A stretch of 64,000 nucleotides of DNA from Scyliorhinus canicula (Eukaryota): the NCBI RefSeq assembly GCF_902713615.1, contig NC_052164.1:79893830-79957829 (forward strand), written 5' to 3'. The notes beneath the pieces are model-generated. The model had not been told where the DNA came from, made no database searches, and was given only the letters and a program-made list of their open reading frames with translations. Below are positions 1-13,400 of this stretch, in pieces (position 1 is the stretch's first letter; the number at the start of each line of letters is the position of its first letter). The position numbers and the translations under genes were made by a program.

Positions 1-721
1 AAACTTCCACACAAACTCTCAGATGCACAGTTTGTTTCAAAGACTAAAAATAAGGACACTATCATATAGCTTTTCTCTAGCAAACCTCATCAGCTCTGCT
101 CTTCCCAGGTCTGACTTTAAATTTAACAAGAACTTGTTCCTTTTTTACTTCAGTCAGCCTGGAAACTTTTCTTCATTCTCTAGTTTCTGGAACTAGATGT
201 CCTTAAGCTTTTGGGCTTGCTTTCTTGCCCAATACTCCATTTTAAGGTTTCCCTGCTCCTAGCAGGGCTCTGATAGACGTTCATTCTCCAGCTTGCAGTC
301 TCCATTTGTCTTTTGAGTTCAGTTAAACAGGCTCGATGCTTTATTTTAACAAGGTGGCCCAGCTCCCTTGTTTTTAAGCAACAGCTCGTTATTTCTCCAA
401 GCTCATGTTTACTTTTCCTGTCATAAACTTCCTAAGCATTGTTGAACTGAAACCAAAAACTTGCATACATGCAAACACCTTTGTTTAACATGAATCTAAC
501 TCATGTTTTACCTAAAAGCACTCAATTAAATCTATACTGCAATCTCTACCTTATTTCTAATTACTTACAACTACCTCTGCTTCCTGACACGAGCATTTTC
601 ACTCCAGTCTAATAATGGAGACAAATTTCTGTTGTTTGATATTAATTATCTTCTTGAGTGTTTACAATATTATATTAAACAACACACTGTGGGAGTCGTT
701 CCTCAATGTGCCTTAACTCAG

Positions 722-794
722 CTTGTGAAGAACAATGCTACTTCCCTTGGCACCTCTGGCATACATTATGCCTATGCCAATTTGTGTCCCGTAA
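722..794 (+). CDS. Possible upstream linker exon (LVKNNATSLGTSGIHYAYANLCP[V]); may start at 659
   Basis: Ends in NLCP just where the repeat pattern needs it before GFYC of the next exon; donor position is ambiguous (GT at 791 is phase 0, GT at 795 is phase 1). Confidence 0.45.
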
Positions 795-1219
795 GTCCAT
801 AAAACCAATAACTGTTGGCAATTGTGATGTGGAGATGGCGGCATTGGACTGGGGTGAGCACAGTAAGAAAATCTTCCAACACCAGGTTAAAGTCCAACAG
901 GTTTGTTTGGAATCTCTAGCTTTTGGATCAGGTGAATGAAGGTTAGCAATTGGGTGGACACTACCAAAGCTGATTTTCCATTGAACCATTACAGCTGTCC
1001 AAGAGAGAAGAAGCAGGGAGGCGAGCAATGCACATCAGAGGTTATTGTATTGTAGCTGTTTCCAAGCTAGGTTCCCAGGAAGTGGGATCACAAAACCATC
1101 CCCAGTGCGTTAACCATTGCACCATCGAGTCCTTTCCTGGTTACTTTATTCACTCAAGAGCTACTTTCTATTCTGATTGATTAATTAGTAACCAGATAAC
1201 GAGCTTCTTTCTTCCTCAG

Positions 1220-1435
1220 GGTTCTACTGTCCTGAAGGTGCTTCTCAGCCAGTCCCATGCGATCTTGGTCAATACTGTGAACAGTCTAGCCTTTCGAGCC
1301 CAACTGGACCATGTGCTGCTGGGTTCCTGTGTGATGGCAATGCATCAGTCATCAACCCAAAACCCTGCCCTGCCGGACATTACTGCCCAGCGGGAACAAG
1401 ATACGCCAAACCGTGTCCACGTGGAACCCTCTCCG
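1220..1435 (+). CDS. Exon 1 in window (GFYCPEGASQPVPC...CPRGTLS)
   Basis: cttcctcAG|...|GTgag, phase 1-1, 216 nt. Confidence 0.92.
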
Positions 1436-4400
1436 GTGAGCATGTTAGCTGCATTCATTTACAGTTTTACTTTTAGAAGAAGTTTTTGTTGCATTAAATC
1501 AAAAGCTGCATTTTCCATTGTGAAGACACAAAATCAGGGAAAGATCAACTCCGCCATCATGACCTTCAACATCCTCATTAATCAATATTCTTTCCCTGAA
1601 ATTGAAAAAGAAAATCTCTCAGCCAAATTAGGAGGGAAACAATCCCTGTAGAAATTCAATCTTTTAATTGCTTCTTAAAGGAATGTTCTATGCTTTCTCC
1701 CAGTAATATCTTCTCTGCTGCATTCAAATCATCATTTTCACATCCATATGATAGATCACTGCATTTACCAAACCCCATTTGTGGAACCATGGGCAGGATT
1801 CTCCCGCAATTTGCGGGACGGCCCAAACCGTCGGCAAGAGAGTCGCGAACCACTCCGGCATTGGGCCACCCGGAAGTTGCGGAATCCTCTTCGGGGGGCT
1901 AGGCCGGCGGCGGAGGGGTTGGCACCGTGCCAACCAGCGCCGAAGGGCCGCCGCCGGCGGGTGCGAGTTGGCGCATGCGCAGGACTGCCAGCGTGTTCTG
2001 GCACATGCGCAGAACCGCTGCCGTGTTTCCTGCGCATGTGCAGGGGGTTTCTTCTCCACGCCGGCCATGGCGGAGCCTTCCAGATGCCAGCGCGGAGGGA
2101 AAGAGTTCCGCTACGGCACATAAATCGGTGGGCCCCAATCGCGGGCCAGCCCCCCCCCCCCCCCCCCCCCCCCCCCTTCCAGGGAACCCCACTAGACGGC
2201 TGACAAGCCAGGTGCCGGCAGGATGGACCATGTCCATTTCACGCCGGCGGGACTGGCCGAAACCGGGTGGCCGCTCGGCCCATCGGGGCCCGGAGAATTG
2301 CCGGCGAGGCCGCTACCAACAGCCTCCCACCGGCGCGGCGCGATCCCCGCCCCTGCCCAAAAACCGGCGGCGGGGCGGGATTCACGCCACCCCCCGGCGA
2401 TTCTCCGACCCGGCGGGGGAGGTAGGAGAATCCCGTCCCATGTATCCCAGTCCTCTGGTACAAACTCTTGATCCCAAAGGAGATGCCAGCAGCAATCCAA
2501 TTGAGTTGCTAATGCTGCAGTTTTGCTCTATGGTATTTCATGTTTTACATATAAGGAGAAAAGTAAATGAATCCTTGAAAATTTTCAGGTCTGTTACAAG
2601 TCCTTGAAAAAAATGCCAGTAGGTGGCAGACAGGCAGCACTACTTAATTCACAATTTTCTTAACTGGTGAATTCTCCAAATGTACAATACTTCTTTCAAC
2701 ATGAGTTGGGGGGGGGGGGGGGGGAGGGCGGGAAATCCTTATGTGGAAACCTGAATCATACCTGAATCTCATGTCGAAAGAAACTCCCTCTCTCACACCT
2801 TCAGAGCAAGATTCCTACTAGAATCATAGACAGAATCATAGAATCGCTATAGTCGAGAATGGGGCCATCCGGCCCGTCTGGTCTGCACTGACTCTCAAAG
2901 AGCACTCCACCATGTCCACGTCCCCCATCCCCATAACTCTATACATTACTGGGCATATAGGGGTAATTTAGTATGGTCAATCCACCCAACCTGCGCATCT
3001 TTGGCCTGTGGGCCTAAACTGGAGCACTTGGAGGAAGCCCACGCAGACACAGTGAGAATGTGCAAACTCCACACAGTCACCCAAGGCTGGAAACAAACCT
3101 GGGTCCCTGGCGGTGTGAGGCAACAGTGCTAGCCACTGTGCCACCCTATGAGAAATGCCCAGCTTCCTTATCAATAAATCCATATTCTCGATAGTGCAAT
3201 CACTCCAAGAAGAGTTATTTTGTTCAGTTTCTCAGTAACGGATGCACCCTAACAATGGGCAAAAACCTTTAAGCCAAGACCTCCAATGTGTAATTACAAA
3301 ATAAATAAATTATCTGTCCTGTTGCCCACAGTCAGGGAATGAATCTGATCTTTCTCCATTTGGTAATGGAGTTGGGGCAGAGAGATCCACGTAAACTCAC
3401 TTTCTAAGGGGTGACAACTTGTTCTACATTGTGATATTGCCCACAAAATTGAGTGGGAAATTTGGTGTAAAGATATAAAAGTTTAAATATGGACATAGAA
3501 ATCTGATCAAAAACCATGAACCGTGAGTTATGGAGAGGAAATATGCATCCTGTTTTTTTTTAATTTAAAGTGCTCAATTCTGTTTTTCCAGTTAAAGGGC
3601 AGTTTAACGTGGCCGATCCACCTACCATTCACATCAATTGGGTTGTGGGGGTGAGACCCACGCAGATAAGGGGAGAATGTGCAAACACCACACGGACAGT
3701 GACCCGGGCCAGGATCGAACTCGGGGCCATGAGGCAGCAGTGCTAACCACTGCACCATCCAGCTACCCCATTGATTTTTAATGTAGATGTGTAAAGTACT
3801 TTTTAATAGAATATATAATTAATCATGAGGTGGTTGGGATGTTTTGTTAATTGACTCTTTGTCATTTTCCTCACACCAAGTTGGTCCAGGGGGAGTTGCT
3901 TTGACTGACTGCAATCTTTGCCCATCTGGCCATTATTGTGAGACCCACGGCCTGTCGGCTCCATCAGGTTTATGTTCCGCAGGGTATTATTGTCCAGGAG
4001 GACAGAGCATATCTGAGCCTTTGGATTACATATGTTCTCCAGGTCACTTCTGTCCCGAGGTCAGCATTATTTTATATTATGTTTTAAAAAATCTTTTGGT
4101 GAAGAAGTGCAGTAAAGTAACTTCATGGAATACCATTATGATGTATAAATTTGATGTTACTGATCTGGCTTTTCCCCCATACTTTTTCCATTGATCACAA
4201 TTAGAATAAAACGTTTGCATGTAGGACAGAATCATAGACCGGGATTCTCCATTGTGTATCCGCTCCGCTACCGCTGCTACCACGAATGGAGAATTTGCCG
4301 TTCTGTCAAATCTCCCATTCACTGCAGTGGGCCCAGAGAATCCTGATGCTGTGAATGGACGGAGATTCCACCCAGAGTCTTTATTGACATCTCTGGGTTT

Positions 4401-7400
4401 GGGTACCGAGCCTTGATAGTCAGCAACTAATTGGTTTAAACCAGTGTTCTTCAAACTTTTTTTCCGGGGACCCATTTTTACCAACCGGCCAACCTTTGAG
4501 AACCAACCCTGCCGACCTTCGCGACCCACGCCGGCCAACCTGCGCAACCCACCATTTTCTCTTGCCTTGTTTGCTGCTGACAAAAATGGAGAAAATGGTT
4601 TTGGGTCCCTTTGACCCGTGTACAAGCACCTCCAATGGAACCTGTTGGATGAAGGTGAAGCCTTCTGCTGTCGGAAAGTATAGATTCTCCATCTGTCCAA
4701 AGTTCTGAATTTTTCTCCTGTAAAATTTTATTCCAATAACCCCCCCCCCCCGAACTTGGAAAAAGAATAAAAAATCAAATGCGTAAAATGAATGAAAAAA
4801 ATGAATAAAACCCACCGGAACGTGTAAAAAAAAAATGAATTTTAAAAATGAATAAAAACCACTACAAAACAAAAAGCTGCAACCTTTTAAAAAAAAAAAA
4901 AAATAGCCTCACTGCGCATGCGTGCCCGATCATCGTGCATGTGCAATTCGGCCAAATTTTCTGTGCATGCGCGCCGATCATCGTGCATGAGCAAGGCGGC
5001 CGATTTTTTACATGTTTGCGGCTGCCTGCAGCCGGCGTTATGAAAAGCGGCCCTCCCGACACCCGCCCATGACCCACCCGCAGGTCGCGCCCCCGACTTT
5101 GAAGAACACTGGCTTAAACCACTTAATATAGGGCTTCCCCCAGATCACATTTTCAAATTGCTTCTAAAGGTAGAGATAATATGATATCAGACCAAGGTTT
5201 ATGGAAAAAAAATATACAGCAGGCGATACAAAATAAGATATTAATTATTTTAGAGCAGCATAATCACTCATTCTTAGCAATAGGCTTTTGGTAACAGTCT
5301 CTGATGATGATCATGAAAGGAGATTACTATTGGTTTTATCATTTGTTTGGCTGGAGATTTCGGCCAGTATCTGAGTAAAAGATGGTGTGAATTTCTAGTT
5401 ATGCCATTTCAGGAAATTTCAAGTGATTGCATTACATTGAAGTGAAGGGCCCTTATTTCTCCATCACTTTGAAAAGGACAATAGAGATTTGAAAAAAACC
5501 TTTATGCACTGGAGGATAATTCTGTCAAATTTCAAGTCCAAATAAAAGGAACAAATTTGGCACAAAGGGATATTTTCTGACTATAATTTTCCAATTTATG
5601 TGCACACATTTGTTGAACTCAGTCAAGGCACAGTGGTATGTTTTGCTAAATCTCAGCACACTCATTTCAGGAACCTGGTTCAGCATATAAACAGTGGAAA
5701 CAGGAAAGCTAAAAATGTTGTGAACACATGTAAATTAGTTGGCCAATTGTGCGTGCACTTTCCCAGACTTTTTCAAACTGAATAATCATTCAGAATTTTG
5801 CTCTGTAACATGTACATCCATGGTTTCTGGGATAATGGAAATAGATGGAAGCTCATTGCAAGAGTTCACTAGTGTTAGTATTTTTGCAGCTACTTTATTC
5901 AACATTATGGACTGGATCTTCAAGTAGGGAGAGATTTTTCTGATGTCACTCCCACCCTGCAGTACCGGCTGACTTGACTGTCGTGTTGAGGAGTTTGTGA
6001 TTGGCTGGAGTTGAGCCTGCTGCCTCCCACAGCAGGTCTGAATTGGAGTCTGCACTAGGCTGATGCCAAGATTGCCAGGTTAAAAAGCTTACAATCATTC
6101 CCTGTGACATCAGATCAGCTCTGAAAATGGGTGTAAATCCCTAATCCTCTTCTCCCCAACCCCCATTCACCTCTCCTCCTAACCTTCCCCTCATCCCCAT
6201 TAAACCCCTTCACAATGCAGTCAGCAATAGGGACATCTCAATCAAATCTGAATTTAACTATTGTTCATTTCAGAATAGAACATTATTTAGTGGATAATGT
6301 ACTCTCATACATTTGAAGACCAATCCACTTTCACTATGCTATTCATTGTCTTGACAGCTTGCCAGATGTTAGAAGTAACAGTCTGTCAAACATATTAATT
6401 TAATGTCACTGACCTTTTGAAAACAAAGTCTTATGATTACTCACTGCACTAAAAACATAACTTATGATTCAGCATTTCCTTATGACATGTGAAGTAGGCA
6501 ATACCTTTTGTGCTTGCCTTTCATATGTTTCCTGACTCAAAACTAAGGGGCGGGAGGGCGGGATTCCCCCACCCACCCCAAGGCCACCACCCGACCCTTA
6601 CACGCCGAGGTCCCGGCAGCCCAGAGCAGGTTAGAACGGCACCGGCAGGACTCGGCTATTTTCTTAAGGCTGCTCGGCCCTTCCGCGCCAGAGATTCGGC
6701 GGACCGGCCGCGGAGAGCGGCCCGCGACCAGCGCCGCGCCACCCATGCCACGTCAACAACGCTGGCACCAATGGCTCCGATTCTCCGTTCTGCCCAGGGT
6801 TTCCCTGTGGTTCACGACACCTCTGAGCTGGATGAAACTCATCAAATTCCAAAATTAACCACATCCCTTGAAAATGTCTGAGACTTTTACATGTCCATTT
6901 CTGCAATGGAGCCAGTATTACTGGGGCATCAGTATGCACCAGGGCATTAGTGGCACAGTAGTATTGCCACTGGACTAATAATCCAGATACTGGAGTAACG
7001 TTGTGGGCATCCGGGTTCAAATCCCTCCATGACAGATGTGAAATTTCAATTTTTTTAGAAATCTGGAATTAGAAGTCTTATGCTGACCATGAAACCTTTG
7101 TTAACTATGGTTCACTAATCTGCCATGTTTACCTGGCCTACATGTGACTCCAGACCCACAGCAGTGCCCTCTGAAATGGCCTAACATGCCACTAAATGAG
7201 CAATAAATGTTGACCCAACCATGAATGAATCAAACCATGAATGGATCAAAGAAAAACTTTTGCTCCTAAAAACCATCAGCGATGAAAATGGAGGCAGGAT
7301 TCCCAGAATTGGTCCCACCCAGAAAAATCTGTCCCTGTGTATGTTATTCCGTGTTTCAATTTTGTGAGTGCATGCGAAAAGCACAGAAGAGTCGAAATGG

Positions 7401-10400
7401 AAATACGCACCAAAATACCGCCCATCGTATTTATAGCTGTAACCAGACAAACGTTACCGAGGGTTTGTCAGGCCAGGGTCTTCAGAGAGCCAGATGCAGA
7501 GTGATATCAACTGCTACTCTCTGACTTGCAGCCACACACATCCCCCCCCCCCCCCCGACACCAGAAGTCGGGCCTAGCCTGTCAGCTGCATCTGAAACAT
7601 GCCTTGATTCTTTCAAGGATGCTTCCACACCCATGGAAAATGTTGTGGAGTGGCAGGGAGGGGCTCCGCTCAACCACATCGAGCGGGAGCAGCACATATT
7701 GGGGATACTGCAACACTGTCGGGAGCCTGTGGATTAACACCTTCCAGCACTTAAGTTTCCTTTCAGCCAGCCTGACTGTTATTCCAGGAGGGTGACCTTT
7801 CCCAGCAGGTGTTATAATGGGAGTCCTGCCTTGCCGTTTGGTCAAATCTGCTCGTGTACATGCATGACGCCAGATGTTAAGTTTTTATTTTGTAAGTATT
7901 TCCAATCCTCCTCAACAATGTGAGTAAGAAGTATTAGAAAAAGGGACATACATATATATATATTTAAAAGCAGAAGTTACATTAAAGCTACACTGCAGAT
8001 CTGTTTGTAAAGGCCATTGAGAAATTCTGAATAGGCTAAAAATCTGACAATTAGAACCTTGCTTCCCTGAATGATGCTACTCTTGATATTCACAGGGGAG
8101 TGCCAATCAATCCAGCTGTGCACCGGGTCATTACCAGCCCGAATGGGCAAAGAAAATATGTGAGGTTTGTCCTCCAGGAACCTACTGCCAAACTCCAGGT
8201 AAAAACTTAGTAAAATTATGCTAAAGGCGTATTTGCCATAGGATTGATGTGAAGCATGAAACTAATGACTGGTTACTCTCAAAAGTGTCCTCTCAAATGT
8301 TTCTTCTCTTCCCAGTTGATATTTCGGATTATGTTATTTTCTGTGTCCCTTTTTTCAAGGAGCACTCAAACCTGTCACTTGCCAATTGGGATCTTACTGT
8401 CCACCTGAATCTGCAAGCCTGCGCTTCTGTCCTGAGGGCACCTATGGGAACCGAACTGGGCTACACAAAGCATCAGACTGCCTGCCTTGTGACCCCGGAA
8501 TGTACTGTCAGGGTTCAGGTAACCTCCAATCACTTTGCCCTTTTCATCAAATATATGGCACAATTCAATAGGCGGTGTTGAATTCCTTTTGTAATGCACT
8601 AATAATCTGATACTCTTGGTGTGATTTCAACCACCCCCCCCCCCCCCCCCCCCCCCCTAAACTTGGTGTTAGACATGAACCTTGCGTAGTTCTCTTTTCT
8701 GCTCCATTTCCTCCCTAATGCTGCTAATTTTGCTGACAGCTGAGAGATTTGCCTGACTCGGCCAGGAGCCTCAATAACATCTGTTTATCAAGTCATGTAG
8801 ACCCCAATGGCATTTTAATAGCGTACTGAACAGGGCATGTGCCATAGGTACGCTATTCGGTAAATTTTGTAAGGAGAGCTTGCTAACCCATACAGTCTGG
8901 ACTCGCACAGGGAAAATAATTCTCTGCCAAATGGATGAAACGTGGGGTGAAGTTGACCAGATCTGAGTGTCAAAAGCCTCGAGGAGATGAGATGGGGGGT
9001 GGGGTTTGGAATAATTCAGAGTCATCAAATATTTGCCGAAACTTCTTGTTTTAATTTCTCTTCCATTATATGGTGGCCACCATCAATGGTTAGAATGGTT
9101 AGAGCAATGGTGGTGTGTGGCTGTACCTCGTGCATTTATTATTTTCTGACCAACTCCATGCAACATTGCATGTATTGAGAGAGTGACACATGGTGAGGAG
9201 CAGTGTCCCATTTTTGCAAACATGAGAGGTGAAAGCTGAAATGAATTACAATGCCACAGTGATTTTAAATTGACCCATTTGCCTAACCTTATGGTTAAAC
9301 TTGAACATTTCCAGATTTTGTTGCTTGATGCAATTTAAAAAAAATAAGTTTTACACCCTGGATTGAGCATCAAGCACCTTGAAACCAAGTTAGTTTTCTT
9401 TTTTGTGTATCTTCACACCCACGGTGCTTTTCTACCCTTTTGAGAAATAGCGGGGGCAAGTGGTGGAAGGAGTCCCAAGCTGTTTATCAGCCATTGAACA
9501 CTCCTGCTGTGGCCACCAAGCCCTGGCGTTGGACTCGAAACCAGAGCATCTGGTTCAGAGGTGTGCCGTAAGACCACCTACATCATCACGTTGGTTGAAT
9601 AGTGGCAACGTTTGCACAATGGACAAGCAATTTAACTTGTATTCTGGAACGTTGAGCATACTGCTGTGATTGAACTGAACTGGATAGTTGGTTTGCTTCT
9701 AATTCCTGGTTGATGTTCCCTCTGATAATAGCTAACATGAGGGGTACAGGAACAAGAAATGGCAGCAGCGAATTCAGCATCTGAAGGGAGTCTGTTGAGT
9801 TTGCATGAAGATTTGATCTGATAACTAAGGCTCCAAACGTCGTCGGCATCATTTAATACTTCACCACTGATGGGACAAATTCTCTGGGGTATTAAGAAGG
9901 TTCTCCCCTTGTCTTTGATTTATTTTGCCCCACATCCTCAAACAAATTGGCTGTTATCCAACAGCAGGTCGATTGTTAAGGGTTTAAACTCAGCAATTCT
10001 CTGCCAAATGGGTGACCTATGGCAGCCAGGTTGACCAAACCGGACTGTGTTGGGACACTCGCAATCCCTCAACTTTAGCTCTACCTGTGCAGAGTGGTCC
10101 TTACCATCTCAAATTCTCCACATCAAATAAAGAACCTGTAACTCTACTTCATCCTACTTCTGATCTTTCTTTGCTAAGGAACATTCAGAATAAATTTTAC
10201 CTTGCAGCTTCACATGGAGCTGTATCATGAATGTTATATTTAGTTTGTTTTTATCTGAAAGAAGGAAACTCGGAGAGGAAGATTTTTGTTGGCCACGTTT
10301 ATTTTGTTTTTACTTAAGGGAACACAGAGCCAACCGGACTGTGCAGTGCTGGATATACATGCATCCTGGGCGCCGCTCTGCCAACCCCAACTGATGGCAT

Positions 10401-13400
10401 TACTGGAGATAAATGTTCACCAGGTTTCTTCTGTACCAGTGGCAGTGTCACAGGGCAGCGTTGCCCAAAGGGAACCTTCAGGTATTGTTTATCAGTTGGT
10501 AACTATTTAAGTGCAGAAAATGTAGATTTATTACCAAGATTGAATCAAAATACACAATAATATTCCTCACGTATATGACTGAGGTCTGATTCCCCAGCTG
10601 CTCCAGGAGTCACAATGGGCAGAATCTGTTCATGCCTCTTAATAGGCATTTACTTTAGCCCCAACATCGGGAAGATGTTTAATGAGGGTGCAACTTTAAG
10701 AAGCTGCCAGAAACATATCTAGCTGCTGCTCAACTGGGACGTTTCTTCTGTCCGTTTTTAAACCAATATTGTCACGTATTGATGCTAATAATAAAATGGA
10801 AAAACCATTCCACCCAACTAAGATTCTTCCACTTGTTGCAGACGGTTGTGGAGCAATGTTTTTTCAATTTCACCATTTCAATGTATTGCTCATAATATTC
10901 CTTGCAAAACATGGAAACATTGGTGTTTTTGACATTGGTTTTGTAAAGTATGCAGAGACAAAAGGTCACTTTTCATTCACGCAGTTCCTAAAAAATAAGA
11001 TAATGAGATACATTGAGGTGAATTTTAATGCCTCAAAATGAGCCAATTACAGTCAGATGTTAACATTTTTAAAATTTGAAATCTACCTCCAACCTGCACT
11101 CTTAATAGAGGCAAGGTGAGTGGTCAATAGCCAACCTGCATTCTGGAAGGGGATGGAGCAAGGGGCTTGTTGCAAATTTAAATATTTTGATGTGACTGGC
11201 AGACTGCGATCTAAGCCATCTAACCTGCTTTGTATCTATGTTAAGTGCCTTTACAGCATTGCTTGTGGGCCAGGAGCAACAAAACTGCACTCCCATCCCC
11301 TCCCCGCACCAGAAAAAGAACCTTGGACGGAATTTGAGTTGGGCCGCCTCAAAGGTGCGGAATGCTCCGCACCTTCAGGGGCTAGGCTGGTGCCGGAGTG
11401 GTTTGTGCTGCGCCGGCCAGTGGGGAAAGGGCTTGGCGCCACGCCAACCGCCGCCAAAGAACCTCTGCCAGCCGCCGCGAGTTGCCGCACATGCGGGAGC
11501 ACCAGCGTGTGCTGGCGTCATCCCAGCGCATGCGCAGGGGGGATCTTCTCCGCGTCAGCCATCACGGAGGAACACAGCAGCCGACGCGGAACAATAGAGT
11601 ACCCCCACGGCACAGACCCGCCTGCAGATCGGTGGGCCCCGATCGCGGGCCAGGCCACCGTGAGGGCAGCTCCTGCGGCCAGATCCCCCGAGGACTCTGG
11701 AGGCCGCCCGCGTAGCCAGGTCTCGCCGGTAAGGACCTACTCTAATTTACGCCGGCCGGTCCGGCAAAGAAAAACGCGCGGCCACTTGGCCCATCGCAGG
11801 CTGGCGAATCGCGGGGGGGGGGGGGGGGGGGGATGTGTGCTGCCAGCGGCCGCCGACCGGCGCAGCATGATTCCTGCCCCTGCCAAATCCCCGGCGCCGG
11901 AGAATTCGGCAGCCGGCGGAGGCAGGATTCGCGCCGTCTGCTGGCGATTCTCCGTCCCGGCGAGGAGTTGGAAAATCCCGCCCCATGTCTCAGCCAGGAT
12001 TTTGGAATTGAACTTATCAGCTTCAGTGGCCTGTTGCAGTGTCCTCTCCACCCAATTTGGATTTCAGCAGGCTGATATCTGGGAGGGGAACCTATCAAGG
12101 TCAAGAAGCACAAGCTTCAAACCACATTCAGGGAAGCCAAAACTTCCTAGTTTCCCATCATAAACCTCACTCACGTAACCCACTCCTATTAACATACAAT
12201 CAATTAACTTGTACAATTCATTTTCCATTGTATTTGTTTCCGCTGTAAACATTTGGAGCTATACCAGTTGGTCTTTTGGAATATGTCATTTGGTTTTGTG
12301 ATTTTTGACAGTGAGAAGCAAGGATTGTCAGAAGCTCACCACTGCCAGCCTTGTACCCCTGGAAGTTTCTGTGCAGAAACGGGTCTTACCACCGTGTCGG
12401 GACTATGTTGGGCAGGTAATAAATTGAGTGTATAAAGTATCACTGTGAGCCTTAATGATTTCCATTAGAATTCCTGAATGCCTGTGCATAACTGGTAAGG
12501 TAGCTGCAGATAAATTGTGGATCTTTCCAACTACCAATTGGATTTCAACCAACCAAATAGCTTGGGAGTGTTGTGGGTGTTGGTTGAGTCAATGGCATAA
12601 AATACCTCGGCATTTAGTATTCCTGTGACCTGCCAGAAGTGGTTCTTTTGTGTTTCTTAGCCTCTCTCACCAATGTATTTATTAATATGAATCCATACCA
12701 CATTTCAATCGAGAAACTAAATGCTGAGTTTATAATCTGTGTTATCACTTTCCAATCATTATTTCCTCCTCCTTTAGGATTTTACTGTCTTGAGGGATGT
12801 GCAACTCCCACTCCCATTGCATCTGTCTTTTGCAACATTTGTACCTCTGGTCACTTCTGTCCCAATGGTACTGCCCTCCCTGTCCCATGTCCACCTGGAA
12901 CATTCCAATCCATGACAGGGAGAATGAGTGAGCAAGATTGCACGCCGTGTCCATCAGGTTAGTGTTGATTGAATAGTATTCAGTTATAGCTGGTGTTTTG
13001 GTGTTTCTGGTGATATTGGAACTGGTATTTTAAGACTCTATTTCTTATTACATTAGTTTGAATTTATTCTCCACTGGGTTGGGTTGAATCATATCAACGT
13101 TTCTATAAGAACAGGTAATTCCTGTTTCTCAAAGATAGCCTGTGATCCTATATCAGGAATGTCACGTGATGAGCCTATCTGACTGTTTCTGCAGGTTTCT
13201 ATTGTAAGGAACCAGGCAAGGACAGTGTGGAAGATTTTTGTGAAGCAGGATTTTATTGTTTGAAGGGAGCAAAGACTGCAACTCCCCTTGATGGCCTTAC
13301 AGGTACCACATTTCATTCTCATCTATTTTTATTGACTCGTGCTGTATAAACAATGAGTAAATGCCGGCGTCTCTTGAACTATTGGCACAAATAATGAAAT

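Noticed and set aside
1-590. LTR fragment at the window start
   Set aside because: It looks LTR-like and ends in ...tgaca, but the other end and any TSD are outside the window, so it cannot be supported
706-939. 77-aa Cys-containing ORF as part of the gene
   Set aside because: Its Cys pattern does not fit the repeat and it runs into a repeat remnant; the alternative frame ending ANLCP fits better
8920-10040. Short similarity tctctgccaaatgg...gttgacca at about 8920 and 9998
   Set aside because: Too short and diverged to distinguish from remnants of an old dispersed repeat
11120-12163. 347-aa ORF and similar Arg/Pro/Gly-rich ORFs near 1.7-2.6, 18.1-19.6, 23.4-24.0, 28.2-29.0, 44.8-45.6, 49.2-50.0 and 57.3-58.5 kb
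   Set aside because: They overlap GC-rich MITEs, are open on several frames and both strands, and show no domain signal
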